From a virus: a stretch of DNA of 61,204 nt. Every line of letters starts with the position of its first letter. The stretch's first letter is position 1. The position numbers were made by a program, and so were the translations under genes. The stretch lies in IMG/VR virus record IMGVR_UViG_3300045988_122465, one strand, 5' to 3'. The notes beneath the pieces are model-generated. The model was not told the DNA's origin. It ran no database searches and worked only from the letters and a program-made list of their open reading frames with translations. Below are positions 61,157-61,204 of the stretch, piece after piece.

Positions 61157-61204
61157 TTCGTAACGCGTAGGTCGCCAGTTCAAGTCTGGCTAGCGGCTCT
61201 CAAA
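61157..61204 (+). repeat. attR core (displaced tRNA 3' remnant)
   Basis: Identical to 1-48; upstream flank (gcatgggac) cannot form the 5' anticodon stem, so no complete tRNA here. Confidence 0.85.

Larger units (their letters stand above)
1..61204. mobile_element. Complete integrated temperate phage (long-tailed, siphovirus-like) filling the whole window
   Basis: Perfect 48-bp direct repeats at both ends, integrase beside the left repeat, full head/tail/lysis/packaging/replication/repressor gene set between them; TAnnTTTG promoter boxes, no SD motifs. Confidence 0.9.

Noticed and set aside
1-61204. CRISPR arrays, IS elements or transposases
   Set aside because: No regularly spaced direct repeats and no transposase-like ORFs are present. 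The only recombinase is the tyrosine integrase.
1-61204. Genome-wide stop-codon reassignment, prompted by the odd tRNA-like genes and the in-frame TAA at 42183
   Set aside because: TAA, TAG and TGA all terminate long, well-supported ORFs at sensible gene boundaries (for example int TAA, the 134-aa gene TAG, portal and NinG-like TGA). Large genes are uninterrupted under the standard code.

Overview
The window is one complete ~61.2-kb temperate long-tailed (siphovirus-like) prophage. It is bounded by a perfect 48-bp direct repeat (1-48 and 61157-61204) that reads as the 3' part of a tRNA-Thr(CGU) gene from the anticodon loop onward. Regulatory signals look Bacteroidales-like: TAnnTTTG -7 boxes and no Shine-Dalgarno motifs. 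Gene order: attL and integrase; a left accessory arm (HNH-linked cassette, integrase ghost, AbiH, a GIY-YIG plus UDG-like pair); then on the minus strand host-range, lysis, tail, head and packaging genes, followed by replication, recombination and many small early genes; then an S24 CI-like repressor with a nuclease and a lipoprotein; then attR. Candidates I rank highest: (1) Two paralogous HNH-endonuclease-linked 'mini-immunity' cassettes (HNH, 73-aa protein, small DUF protein, divergent promoter/operators, XRE repressor, payload). One sits directly after the integrase gene and one directly after the portal gene. Each is followed by a ghost 3' fragment of that same gene, which suggests a mobile cargo-carrying element that targets 3' ends of phage genes. 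(2) Two tRNA-like genes with canonical acceptor, D and T arms but grossly expanded anticodon regions (about 87 nt and 16 nt). They share a leader motif, and a third tRNA is atypical. (3) A translationally coupled GIY-YIG nuclease and UDG-fold-like gene pair next to AbiH. (4) Three paralogous small Arg/Gly/Asn-rich ORFs interleaved with PAPS-reductase-like, ParB-like and small-terminase genes. (5) A repressor-linked nuclease and lipoprotein operon at the right end. All functional calls come from motif recognition by eye; no database searches were run. Coordinates of features not in the ORF track may be off by 1-2 nt.
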